A DNA stretch of 64,000 bases from Chloroflexota bacterium (GTDB lineage: Bacteria > Chloroflexota > UBA11872 > VXOZ01). The position numbers were made by a program, and so were the translations under genes. Below the pieces are notes generated by a model, which saw only the letters and a program-made list of their open reading frames with translations, was not told the DNA's origin and made no database searches. Location: positions 2,816,001 through 2,880,000 of the forward strand of contig OY760183.1 in assembly GCA_963663275.1 (NCBI GenBank). Direction: 5' to 3'. Below are positions 27,023 through 35,856 of this stretch, piece by piece. Within the stretch, counting starts at the first letter, position 1. Each line of letters begins with the position of its first letter.

Positions 27023-28447
27023 CTATGAGTCTGTGCCCTTCCCGCCGGACGCGGCGGATTCGTGGGACGGGTCAAGAGGCGGGTCAACGGCCCCGGCCAA
27101 GCCGAACGCTTCCCGCGCCTCCGCCGCCACGAAGAGCGAACCCGTGGCGCAGAGCACGTCTGTCGATTCCATCTCGTTCAATCCCAGCACGACAGCCTGT
27201 CTCACGTCTTGCGCAACCCGCACCGGCGCCCGCTCCGCCGCGATTTCCAACCCGCCGGCGGCTGCGGCGATCGCGTGAGGGTCCTGCGCGCGCGGGTGCC
27301 GCGACTTCACCGCGATCAACCCTTTCACCGCCGGCAGCAGAGCCTCGAGCACGCTGACGGCGTCTTTGTCGCGGTTCAATCCCAGAATACAGTGCACGCC
27401 GCGCCCGGGATAGTGCGCCGCCAGGGTTTCACGCAGGCGGCGCATTGCGTCCGGCGTGTGCGCGCCGTCGGCGATCACTGGCGGCCAGGCGGACAACTGC
27501 TCGAACCGCCCCGGCCAGCGCGCGGCTTCTATGCCCGCGCACACCGCCTCAAAGGAAAGCGGCACGCCCTGCGCCGCCAGTTCCTCCGCCGCGGCAAGCG
27601 CCACGCTGCAATTGAGCCGCTGGTGCGGCCCGCGCAGCGGCAAGCGCACCGCGCGCTCCGTCCCCAGCGCCGTAATCTTGCACATCTGGGCGGGATACTC
27701 CCAAGGGGGAAGCGCCGGAGCGGAGACCGCTTCGCACCGGCCCGCGTCCGCTTCAAAAATGCGGGCGCGCCGCGCCGCGCACACGGTTTGAAAGACCTCC
27801 GTTACCGCCGCCGGGCCGGGCGCGTGCACCAGCACCCCGCCGTCCTTGACGATGCCCGCTTTCTCGCGGGCGATGGCGGCGAGCGTGTTGCCGAGAATGG
27901 CCGTGTGCTCCAAGCTGATGGACGTGATGACCGCAACCAGCGGCGTGAGGACGTTGGTGGCGTCCAGCCGTCCGCCCAGCCCAACCTCGACGACGGCCAC
28001 GTCCACTTCCGCCTCGGCAAAGAGCAGGAAGCCCAGCGCCGTCGCCAGTTCGTACGTCGTCGGCTTGCCGAGAGCGGGTTGCTCGCGCTCCAATGCCGCC
28101 GCCGCCGTCGCCACACGCTCGACCAGGCGCGTAAACGTCTCCTTGGAAACCGGCGTATTGTCGATGCGCGCGCGCTCGCGGAAGGTATGCAGGTGCGGCT
28201 GCGTGTAGAGCCCGGTGCGCAGGCCGGCGGCGCGCAGGATCGACTCGATGAGCGCCGCCGTAGAGCCTTTGCCCTTGCTCCCGGCCACGTGCACGCTGGG
28301 GAAGCGCCGGTGCGGGTCGCCGAGACTGCGCAGCAGGGCCGCAATCCGCTCCAGCGTGAAACGCGGCGGCGCGTGCGTTCCATAGCCGATGCCCCGCTCC
28401 CAATCGGCAAAGGAATACAGATACTGGAGCGACTGCGCGTAGTCCAT
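27023..28447 (-). CDS. folC: Folylpolyglutamate/dihydrofolate synthase
   Basis: HVAGSKGKGS, EVGLGGRLDATN, EKAGI, WPGRFE, DGAH and TGSLF motifs. Confidence 0.95.
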   Translation of the reverse strand: MDYAQSLQYLYSFADWERGIGYGTHAPPRFTLERIAALLRSLGDPHRRFPSVHVAGSKGKGSTAALIESILRAAGLRTGLYTQPHLHTFRERARIDNTPVSKETFTRLVERVATAAAALEREQPALGKPTTYELATALGFLLFAEAEVDVAVVEVGLGGRLDATNVLTPLVAVITSISLEHTAILGNTLAAIAREKAGIVKDGGVLVHAPGPAAVTEVFQTVCAARRARIFEADAGRCEAVSAPALPPWEYPAQMCKITALGTERAVRLPLRGPHQRLNCSVALAAAEELAAQGVPLSFEAVCAGIEAARWPGRFEQLSAWPPVIADGAHTPDAMRRLRETLAAHYPGRGVHCILGLNRDKDAVSVLEALLPAVKGLIAVKSRHPRAQDPHAIAAAAGGLEIAAERAPVRVAQDVRQAVVLGLNEMESTDVLCATGSLFVAAEAREAFGLAGAVDPPLDPSHESAASGGKGTDS

Positions 28448-28453
28448 CGCGGC

Positions 28454-29104
28454 TCAGCGCTGCCCCGTGGCAATGGCCATGAACTCGTTGCGGGTGCGCG
28501 GGTCCGAGAGGAAGAGGCCGCGCATGGCGCTCGTGATCATGCGGGAACCCGGCTTCTGGATGCCCCGCATCGCAATGCACATGTGCTCCGCCTCTACCAC
28601 CACGGCCACCCCTTTCGGCTTGATCACCGTGGCAATCGTCGCCGCGGCGTCGTCGGTCAGGCGTTCCTGCAATTGCGGCCGCTTCGCCAAAGTCTCGATC
28701 ACCCGCGCCAGTTTACTCGCCCCCACAATCTGGCCGCTGGGCAAGTACCCCACGTGCGCCATACCCCAGAAAGGCAGGAGATGATGCTCGCACATCGAGA
28801 AGAACTGGATGTCCTTCAGCACGACCATGCCGGCATAGTCCTCGTGAAAGCTCACGTCAATGGCCGCGGCCGGATCCCGGAAGAGTCCGGCAAAGAGGAA
28901 AGCGTACGCCTGGGCGATGCGGCTCGGGGTCTCGCGCAGGCCTTCCCGCGTTGGGTCCTCGCCAATCGCCAGCAGAATCTCATGCACGGCGCGTTCGATA
29001 CGGGCGGTATCGACGGGCGCGTCCGCCGCGGCGGCTACGGTCTCTTCCGGATTGGCGCAACTATCCCGCTGCATACCGCTCGCGTTCGTTTGGGCGTACG
29101 TCAT
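28454..29104 (-). CDS. folE: GTP cyclohydrolase I
   Basis: CEHHLLPF, GASKLAR, QLQERLT and EAEHMC motifs. Confidence 0.96.
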   Translation of the reverse strand: MTYAQTNASGMQRDSCANPEETVAAAADAPVDTARIERAVHEILLAIGEDPTREGLRETPSRIAQAYAFLFAGLFRDPAAAIDVSFHEDYAGMVVLKDIQFFSMCEHHLLPFWGMAHVGYLPSGQIVGASKLARVIETLAKRPQLQERLTDDAAATIATVIKPKGVAVVVEAEHMCIAMRGIQKPGSRMITSAMRGLFLSDPRTRNEFMAIATGQR

Positions 29105-29110
29105 CGATAT

Positions 29111-29788
29111 TCAGGAAGCCTGCCGCGCCCACAGCGCGCGGGTAAGGCCCTGGTGCACAAGTTTGCCAATCAGGTAGCCCATCGTGGTGGCGGAACCCGC
29201 CTGCCGGATGCGTTCGCCCCGGCTCAGGCAGGCAACGACCACGCTATCGGCGGCCGCGCCCGTAGCCACGTGGCCCTCGGCGGTGGTTAGCCGTGCTTCC
29301 ACCAGCGCCCGCGCCTTGGCCTCCGTCGCCGTCACCATGGCGCTCACCATCGCGCCCATCGAGAGGCTGGCGTCGGTCAGTATAATTATGTCAATGCTGC
29401 CGCCGCTTAGCGCATCGTCCGGCCTGGTCTTGCCGGCGGAACACCGCGTCATGAGATCCGCGAACAGCAGCACAGAAACCTGCCACTTTGGCGTTGTTTC
29501 GGTTTCCTGTACGTACTCCCCGGCGTTGCCGGCCGTCAGCACGCCCACGTACGGCTCGTGGATGCCCGCTTGCAAGGCCCAACCGTGCAATTTCTGTTCC
29601 AAAGCCTGCGGGTCGCGCGCTTCACCGCGCGACATCACCACGACATTGCGCGTCAGCGCCAGGTCGTCGCCAATGTCGGCGCTGCTGAGAACTCGCAGCG
29701 GTGTGCGGCTGCCGACCCGCAGCACGTTTTCGGCATGAGTGAGCGTGACGCCTTCCAGGGAGAATTCGCAATCCGCCGCCGCACTCAT
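29111..29788 (-). CDS. cbiZ: Adenosylcobinamide amidohydrolase (CbiZ)-like protein
   Basis: VLSSA, VGVLTA, G-x-I-x-III, A-x-VTATEAK and ATG...DSVVV resemble CbiZ; the usual TGT-x-TD motif is altered. Confidence 0.68.
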   Translation of the reverse strand: MSAAADCEFSLEGVTLTHAENVLRVGSRTPLRVLSSADIGDDLALTRNVVVMSRGEARDPQALEQKLHGWALQAGIHEPYVGVLTAGNAGEYVQETETTPKWQVSVLLFADLMTRCSAGKTRPDDALSGGSIDIIILTDASLSMGAMVSAMVTATEAKARALVEARLTTAEGHVATGAAADSVVVACLSRGERIRQAGSATTMGYLIGKLVHQGLTRALWARQAS

Positions 29789-30047
29789 CGCCGTATTGCT
29801 TATCCTCTTGGTTCCCTACCCGTGTAGACAATAGAATCCACGCCGGCCGCGACGGGCGCGTCAGCGGCAAAGCCACCTTCAGTATTCAATGGGACAGCCG
29901 CGCTGTCAACCAACTCGCTTCATAGTGGAAGCTTCGCAATCGATTGGCGGAATAGAGCACTGTCTTGTGGAGGGACTTCCATCGCGCCTCCACGTACGCG
30001 GCGCTTCATTGACAGCACTCCCCCATCGCCACGACGGAAAGGGAATC

Positions 30048-30119
30048 TGTCATTCCGAGCGGAGCGAGGAATCTAGGGTGTAGAGTTCCATTAGATTCCT
30101 CGCTCCGCTCGGAATGACA
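30048..30119. repeat. REP doublet (TGTCATTCCGAGCGGAGCGAGGAATCT family)
   Basis: Inverted TGTCATTCCGAGCGGAGCGAGGAATCTA ... TAGATTCCTCGCTCCGCTCGGAATGACA. Confidence 0.88.
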
Positions 30120-30265
30120 CACGCGCACGGCACGGCAGGGCAGGGGCACAGGCAACCGCGCGTGCTCCACTCCTCCCCGGCCCCGATAGCATTAATTCGG
30201 CTTACGGCGTATCATTATCATGGAAGCTATCGTCTTGCAGTAACCGGGGGAGTTTCTAACGAATC

Positions 30266-31297
30266 ATGGAGAGCGCCGCCTACAGCGTAGCCCAACTGCG
30301 CCAAGCCGTGGACCGGCTGCCGCGCGTTCACCTGGCGGAGTTGCCCACGCCGCTGCAAGAAGCGGCGCGCCTCTCCGACGCCCTCGGCGGCCCGCCGCTC
30401 TTCTTCAAGCGCGACGACCTCACCGGCCTGGCATTCGGCGGCAACAAGACCCGGCACCTGGAGTTCATCCTGGGGGAAGCCCTGCAAAGAGGGGCCGACA
30501 CCATCATCACCGGCGCGTCGATCCAGTCGAACTTCTGCCGCCAGACCGCCGCCGCCTGCGCCAAACTGGGCCTGCGCTGCATCCTCTACCTCAACGGCCA
30601 GGCGACCGGCGCGCCGCAAGGAAACCTGCTGCTCGATCACCTGGCCGGCGCGGACGTGCGACTCGTGCAGGTGCGGCAACTTCCCGATCTCATCGCCCTC
30701 TGCGAGGAGGCGGCCGTGGCGGAACGGCAGGCGGGCCGGAACCCCATCGTGGTAGACCTCTGGCGCGGCATCGCCAGCCTGGGCTCGGTTTCGTACGTGG
30801 AGTGCGCGTTGGAACTGAAAGCGCAACTGGAAGAACTCGGTTTGCTGCGGGCTTCCATCTACCTCTCCTCCGCCACCGCCACGCAAGGAGGGCTGGCCCT
30901 GGCGGCGCGGGCGCTCGGGCTGGACTGGCGCGTTGTCGGCATCAGCCCCATTCGCACCGATCTCGCGCCGACGGAGGTGGTGGCAGACCTGGCGAACGAG
31001 GCCGCCGCGCGCCTGGAGCTTGAACTGCGCTTGAGCCCGGCCGAAGTCGAGAATCAAGAGGACTACATCGGCCCCGGCTATGCTCTCCCAACGGAGGAGG
31101 CGCGCGAGGCCCTGGAACTGGTGGCGCGCACCGAGGGGATGTACCTGGATCCCGTCTACACGGCAAAGGCAATGGCCGGCCTGATCGACCACATCCGCTC
31201 CGGCGAACTGGAGCCCTCGCGGCCGGTGGTCTTCCTGCACACCGGCGGCACGCCGGCCCTCTTTGCCTTCAACGACTGGTACGCGCCGTCATCGTGA
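30266..31297 (+). CDS. D-cysteine desulfhydrase / ACC deaminase family PLP enzyme
   Basis: PTPL, KRDDL, GGNKTR, QSN, LDPVYTAKA and FLHTGG motifs. Confidence 0.92.
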   Translation: MESAAYSVAQLRQAVDRLPRVHLAELPTPLQEAARLSDALGGPPLFFKRDDLTGLAFGGNKTRHLEFILGEALQRGADTIITGASIQSNFCRQTAAACAKLGLRCILYLNGQATGAPQGNLLLDHLAGADVRLVQVRQLPDLIALCEEAAVAERQAGRNPIVVDLWRGIASLGSVSYVECALELKAQLEELGLLRASIYLSSATATQGGLALAARALGLDWRVVGISPIRTDLAPTEVVADLANEAAARLELELRLSPAEVENQEDYIGPGYALPTEEAREALELVARTEGMYLDPVYTAKAMAGLIDHIRSGELEPSRPVVFLHTGGTPALFAFNDWYAPSS

Positions 31298-31327
31298 GAC
31301 TAAACCCAGGCAGGAAAGGCAACACAC

Positions 31328-31906
31328 GTGTCAACGCCAAACGGTAAGACCATCCCCGGCAAGCAAGTTGCCGGACTGCCCCTGGCGCCATTCGAGAAGC
31401 GCGTGAAAGCGGCGCTGTGGGACATGCTCTTCTTCATCTTCGGCCTGGCGGCCGCGGCCATGCTGGCGGTAACCGCCGTCATCACAGGCGTGCTCATCCT
31501 GGGCGTTTCAGTCGGCGAAGTCACCGAGGATACGGTCTATCCCGACGCGGCCATCATCGTGCCCTTCGGCCTGGCGGTTCTCATCGTCGTGCTCGCGCCG
31601 TACATCTACTTCATACAGGTGCCGGCGGAATACAGCGGCACGGCGGGTATGCGCCTGGTGGGCGTGCGCGCCGTAACCGCCGCGGGCGCGCAAATGAACT
31701 GGCGGCAGGCCGCCACCCGCGCGCTCGCCATGCTGGTCTCAATCGCCGCGCTCTGCGCGGGCGCATTCTGGATGTTCCGGGAACCCGACCGCCGCACATG
31801 GCACGACCTGGCCGCCGGCACGTTCGTCATCGAGGACGTGTACATACCCAAACGACTCAACCTCGATCCCTGGGATCCGATCGAAGAGGAAGATGACACC
31901 TCATAG
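31328..31906 (+). CDS. RDD-family membrane protein
   Basis: KR-x-x-A-x-LWD, T-x-GM-x-x-x-GVR and RTWHDLAAGT motifs; TM segments. Confidence 0.85.
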   Translation: MSTPNGKTIPGKQVAGLPLAPFEKRVKAALWDMLFFIFGLAAAAMLAVTAVITGVLILGVSVGEVTEDTVYPDAAIIVPFGLAVLIVVLAPYIYFIQVPAEYSGTAGMRLVGVRAVTAAGAQMNWRQAATRALAMLVSIAALCAGAFWMFREPDRRTWHDLAAGTFVIEDVYIPKRLNLDPWDPIEEEDDTS

Positions 31907-31994
31907 GCGCGGGCGCTCCGGTCGCCGGGCGGAGTGTTTCCGCAACCGGCGCGGCAGCGCGTTTCCTGATTCGTCCACAGAGAGGATAAAGAAA

Positions 31995-33581
31995 ATGTAC
32001 GACGTGGTGTTCGAAGGCTGCACCGTGGTTGACGGTAGCGGAGGGCGGGGCTTCGTCTCCGACGTAGCCGTGCAGGACGGCGCGATCGCCGCCGTGGGCG
32101 CGTTGGCGCACGCGGAGGCCCAGCGGCGCGTGCCCGCCGGCGGCAAGGTGCTCGCGCCGGGCTTCATCGACATGCACACCCACTCGGACCTGCCCTTGCT
32201 CGTCAACCCGCGCGCCGAAAGCAAGATCCGGCAAGGCGTGACCACCGAAGTCATTGGCAACTGCGGGCTGGGTCCCGCGCCGCTTACCGCGCAGACCAGG
32301 CCGGAAATCCGCGAAATGAGCACGTTCCTCGCCAAGGGCAGCGACGCGCTGGGCTGGGACTGGCTGACCTTCGGCGACTATCTCGGCGCCATCGAGCAGC
32401 AGGGCGTGGCCCTGAACGTCGTGCCGCTCGTCGGCCACGTGCCGCTGCGCATGGCCGCCATGGGCAACGATCGCCGGCCGGCCGCGCCGGAAGAGATTGC
32501 GGTGCAGCAACAGCATCTCCGCCAGTCGCTGGACGACGGCGCCTTTGGCATGTCCAGCGGCCTCATCTATCCGCCCAGTTCCTATGCGGACACGGAAGAG
32601 CTTGTCAGCCTCGCCCACGTGTTGCGGGACTACGGCGCGCACTACTTCAGCCACATTCGCGGCGAGGGCGATACGCTCTTGCGCGCCGTGGCGGAAGCGA
32701 TCGAGATTGGCGAACGCGCCGCCGTTTCCGTGGAGATCGCTCACCACAAGGCCACCGGCAAGAAGCACTGGGGCAAGGTGCGCGACGCCACCATGCAAAG
32801 CGAACGCGCCCACGACCGCGGCGCGAACGTCCACTTCGACGTCTATCCCTACACGGCGGGCAGCGGCGGCCTGGACCAGGTGGTGCCCAATTGGGCCAAA
32901 GAGGGCGGCACGGCGGCCATGCTGGCGCGCTTGAACGACCCCCAGACGTGCGCCCAACTGAAAGCGGAGGCGGCGGCGGGGTTCGGCACGTGGGAGAGTT
33001 TCTACCTGGTGTGGATCGACGATGATGCCTACAAACACTTCGAGGGGCAGGAGTTCACCGCCATCGGGGAGAGCCTGGAGATGGAACCCCTGGACGCCGC
33101 CTTCCATCTCATCATCGAGAGCGGAAACAAAGCCTCCATGCTGGCCTTCTCCATGAGCGAGGACGACGTTGAGTACATGCTGGCGCACCCGCTCGGCATG
33201 GTGGGTTCCGATGGGTCGAGCCTCGCCCCCTACGGCCCCCTGAGCCAGGGCGTGCCCCACCCGCGCAACTACGGCACATTCCCCCGCGTGCTGCAAGTCT
33301 ACGTCCGCGAGCGCAACGTGCTCACGCTGGAACAAGCGGTGCGCAAGATGACGGGCGCGTGCGCGGAGAAGCTGGGCCTGGCTGGAAAGGGCTTCGTCCA
33401 CAGCGGCCTGGACGCCGACCTCGTGCTCTTCGATCCGGAGACCGTAACGGAGAACGCCACGTTCGGGGATCCGCACCAGTACCCCACCGGCATCGATCTG
33501 GTCATGGTGAACGGCCAGATCGTGGTCGATAACGGCGAACACACCGGCAAACTGCCCGGCAAGGTGCTGCGCAGGAACTAG
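31995..33581 (+). CDS. N-acyl-D-amino-acid deacylase (D-aminoacylase)
   Basis: APGFIDMHTHSD, QGVTTEVIGNCG, YPYTAGS, GSDG and HPRNYGTFPR motifs; ATG 31995. Confidence 0.92.
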   Translation: MYDVVFEGCTVVDGSGGRGFVSDVAVQDGAIAAVGALAHAEAQRRVPAGGKVLAPGFIDMHTHSDLPLLVNPRAESKIRQGVTTEVIGNCGLGPAPLTAQTRPEIREMSTFLAKGSDALGWDWLTFGDYLGAIEQQGVALNVVPLVGHVPLRMAAMGNDRRPAAPEEIAVQQQHLRQSLDDGAFGMSSGLIYPPSSYADTEELVSLAHVLRDYGAHYFSHIRGEGDTLLRAVAEAIEIGERAAVSVEIAHHKATGKKHWGKVRDATMQSERAHDRGANVHFDVYPYTAGSGGLDQVVPNWAKEGGTAAMLARLNDPQTCAQLKAEAAAGFGTWESFYLVWIDDDAYKHFEGQEFTAIGESLEMEPLDAAFHLIIESGNKASMLAFSMSEDDVEYMLAHPLGMVGSDGSSLAPYGPLSQGVPHPRNYGTFPRVLQVYVRERNVLTLEQAVRKMTGACAEKLGLAGKGFVHSGLDADLVLFDPETVTENATFGDPHQYPTGIDLVMVNGQIVVDNGEHTGKLPGKVLRRN

Positions 33582-33603
33582 CGAACGGCTCGCAGAGCGG
33601 CGG

Positions 33604-33919
33604 CGTGGATGCGGCCCTCAAGCGCCGCCGCATCCACGTAGCGCGGGGGCTTGTCCCCCGCCTCTTCGCTCACGTGCCCTTGCCAACGTGTCCTAGCTTC
33701 TCGTTGCCTACCCGTTACCCGGGACAGTGTCTCCAAGGTCGTCGCACTAAAGGCGATGAGAATAGACTCTACGGTCGCGTCTCCGGTAGCGCAGGTTTGT
33801 AACCTGCGTCTCCCGTAGGGACAATTGTTTCCATTCTCACTTCATCTTGTGCCGGCGGGGGACAAGCCTCCGCGCTACGTTAACGCGACAGCATTGAGGA
33901 CAAGCCCCCGCGCTACGTT
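33604..33919. repeat. Hairpin plus REP cluster between convergent genes
   Basis: CGTGGATGCGGC/GCCGCATCCACG hairpin, GTAGCGCGGGGGCTTGTCCCCCGC (33638-33661), and a roughly 138-bp copy of 23361-23498 at 33781-33919. Confidence 0.85.
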
Positions 33920-34012
33920 AAGACGACTGCCTTTGGCTTGGCCCCTCCCGCTTGGCACTACACGTTTACACCTTGGCATGCAACGCGCGTATGCGCGACG
34001 CGCCTTCACGGG

Positions 34013-34753
34013 TCACACCCCGTACGCGAGCCGCTCGATGAGGGATTCCGGCAGTTTTGCGTCGCGCATCTTCCGCTGGGTCGCCGCAACGTCATACGCC
34101 ACGCGGCGCAGGAGGAACTCGCGGCTGGCGGCGTCATAGACGGCAAAGGCGGCGCGCGGGTCCTGGTCGCGGGGTTGGCCGGCACTGCCAGGATTGATGA
34201 TCATCCGCAGCCTGCCGTCCAAGCGCAGCGGCTCATCCGGTTGCAAGACGACGCGGTAGACCTCCATCTCCGACGCATGTTCGGCGGCGATGAACGCGCA
34301 GGGCAGGTGGGTGTGCCCGACGAGGCAATAGCGCGTGGCAAAGTGGCCGAAATTCCTCCGCGCCTCGGCGGGCAGGAAGAGGTATTCTTGCGTCGGCGCG
34401 CGCGGGCTGCCGTGGCAAAGGGTAAATTCGCCTTGGCCGCGCGTTTCCGGCAGAGCGGAGAGGAAGTCTCGCGTTGCGGCAGTCAACCGCGCCGCCGTCC
34501 AACGCGCCGCGCCAGCGGCATGGGGATTGAAGCCGGCGGCGGCGCGCTTGCCGCAGGCAACCCAATCGTGATTGCCCGCCACGGCCGCGTGCGCATGGCG
34601 GCGGATCGCGTCCACGCACTCGTTCGGATTTGGGCCGTAGCCCACCAGATCACCCAGACACCAGATCTCATCGAACGGCGCCGCGGCCGCCAACACGGCT
34701 TCGAGCGCTTCGAGATTGGCGTGAACGTCGGCAATGATGAGATAGCGCGAAAC
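34013..34753 (-). CDS. Calcineurin-like metallophosphoesterase; start codon problematic
   Basis: RYLIIADVHANLEAL lies upstream of the ORF-track GTG; CLGDLVGYGP, GNHD, HGSP, GHTH and INPGSAGQPRD motifs. Confidence 0.85.
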   Translation of the reverse strand, partial: VSRYLIIADVHANLEALEAVLAAAAPFDEIWCLGDLVGYGPNPNECVDAIRRHAHAAVAGNHDWVACGKRAAAGFNPHAAGAARWTAARLTAATRDFLSALPETRGQGEFTLCHGSPRAPTQEYLFLPAEARRNFGHFATRYCLVGHTHLPCAFIAAEHASEMEVYRVVLQPDEPLRLDGRLRMIINPGSAGQPRDQDPRAAFAVYDAASREFLLRRVAYDVAATQRKMRDAKLPESLIERLAYGV

Positions 34754-34799
34754 GACGTGCTCCCCAGGTGTTCAAGCCGCCCCCGGCACCGCCGCGGCC

Positions 34800-35093
34800 C
34801 TAGGAAAACGGTATGAAATCCAGTTCGCGGTCGATGATCTCCATCTCCAGCTTGAGGCCGGCAATGTGGTTCGTTACCTTGTCGAGCATCGCGTTGGCGT
34901 GGCGCGTACTCGTGCTCACGCAGGCGATGCCGATCACGCACGTTCCCCACACGTCCTGGTCGTCCACCTCGCCGATCGCCACGTTGAAGCGCGCCCGGGT
35001 GCGGTCGATGACGGCGCGCACGACGCGGCGTTTCTCTTTGAGCGAGTCGCTTGCGTAGAGTTGGAACGTTATCCGGCAGACGCCGACAATCAT
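34800..35093 (-). CDS. DUF503 (YlxP-like) protein
   Basis: MIVGVC...SLKEKRRVV...FNVAIGEV-x-x-QD-x-W. Confidence 0.9.
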   Translation of the reverse strand: MIVGVCRITFQLYASDSLKEKRRVVRAVIDRTRARFNVAIGEVDDQDVWGTCVIGIACVSTSTRHANAMLDKVTNHIAGLKLEMEIIDRELDFIPFS

Positions 35094-35163
35094 AGGATGG
35101 ACGAGACGAAACGACGCGCTCACGCGCCGGGCGCGGAGCGCCGGTTCAATGGATGAATAGGGG

Positions 35164-35237
35164 TCGGGGTGCCCGGATTTGAACCGGGGTCCTCATGGAC
35201 CCAAACCATGCGCGCTACCAGGCTGCGCCACACCCCG
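35164..35237 (-). tRNA. tRNA-Pro(TGG)
   Basis: CGGGGTGTGGCGCAGCCTGGTAGCGCG CATGG-TTTGGGT-CCATG AGGAC CCCGG-TTCAAAT-CCGGG CACCCCGA forms a cloverleaf; CCA not encoded (followed by CCC). Confidence 0.95.
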
Positions 35238-35300
35238 CGGGTGCTAATCTCGCACTCTCTTGGTGCAACAGACTACACGTGGGGGAATTCGCGGAACGCT

Positions 35301-35639
35301 CTACTCGAACTGGCCGGTGAACAGCGCCGACAGGAAGCCCAGTATCGTGACAATCCAGGCGGCCGCGATTGCCAGGTACGCGCCCACGTGCAACCGCAGG
35401 CGCAACTCAAATTCCCAAAAGTCCACTTTGGTCGCCTGCCTCAAAGCCTGAATGTCCGCTTTAGTCGCCTGCTCCAACGCACGCACATCGGCCTTCGTCG
35501 CCATGCCGGCAATGTCCTCCTTGGTCGCCAGCGCGCCGTAACCCTCGCTGCCAACGTCTATCAACGCCCGGGCCTGGAATTCCGAGAATCCTGCCGCCGT
35601 GAGCGACTGAAAAGCCCGGTAGGTATCGAATACTGCCAT
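35301..35639 (-). CDS. DUF1640/CCDC90-like coiled-coil membrane protein
   Basis: FDT...L-x-x-AGFSE-x-QA, repeated ATK-x-D, C-terminal TM segment. Confidence 0.82.
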   Translation of the reverse strand: MAVFDTYRAFQSLTAAGFSEFQARALIDVGSEGYGALATKEDIAGMATKADVRALEQATKADIQALRQATKVDFWEFELRLRLHVGAYLAIAAAWIVTILGFLSALFTGQFE

Positions 35640-35802
35640 CGTCCGCTCCCTCCACGCCCCCATTGTACGCAGGCGAAAAGCCGCCGGTCAACCATGACGG
35701 ATTCCCCATAGCGAAACTTGACGCTGCCTGCGTGGTTGCTCCAGCCTACCTCGCCATCAATCGGGCAACCGGCCGACGCTCACTCCGCTACGGCGAAACG
35801 AC

Positions 35803-35839
35803 AAAAAGAAGAGGCGCAGGCGGTACGCCTGCGCCTCTT
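35803..35839 (-). terminator. Intrinsic terminator of SBP3
   Basis: AAGAGGCGCAGGCG-GTA-CGCCTGCGCCTCTT hairpin with a U-run on the minus strand. Confidence 0.8.
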
Positions 35840-35856
35840 AGCAACAAGCAAAGAAA

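Noticed and set aside
29790-30040. Cobalamin riboswitch upstream of the cbiZ-like gene
   Set aside because: No B12-box or other consensus elements visible on the minus strand.
20700-33920. Recurring GGGGACAAGCCCCCGCGCTAC units as a CRISPR array
   Set aside because: Dispersed, in both orientations, no regular unique spacers, no cas genes; they fit REPs.
35161-35163. tRNA lacking encoded CCA
   Set aside because: Common in many bacteria; CCA is added post-transcriptionally.
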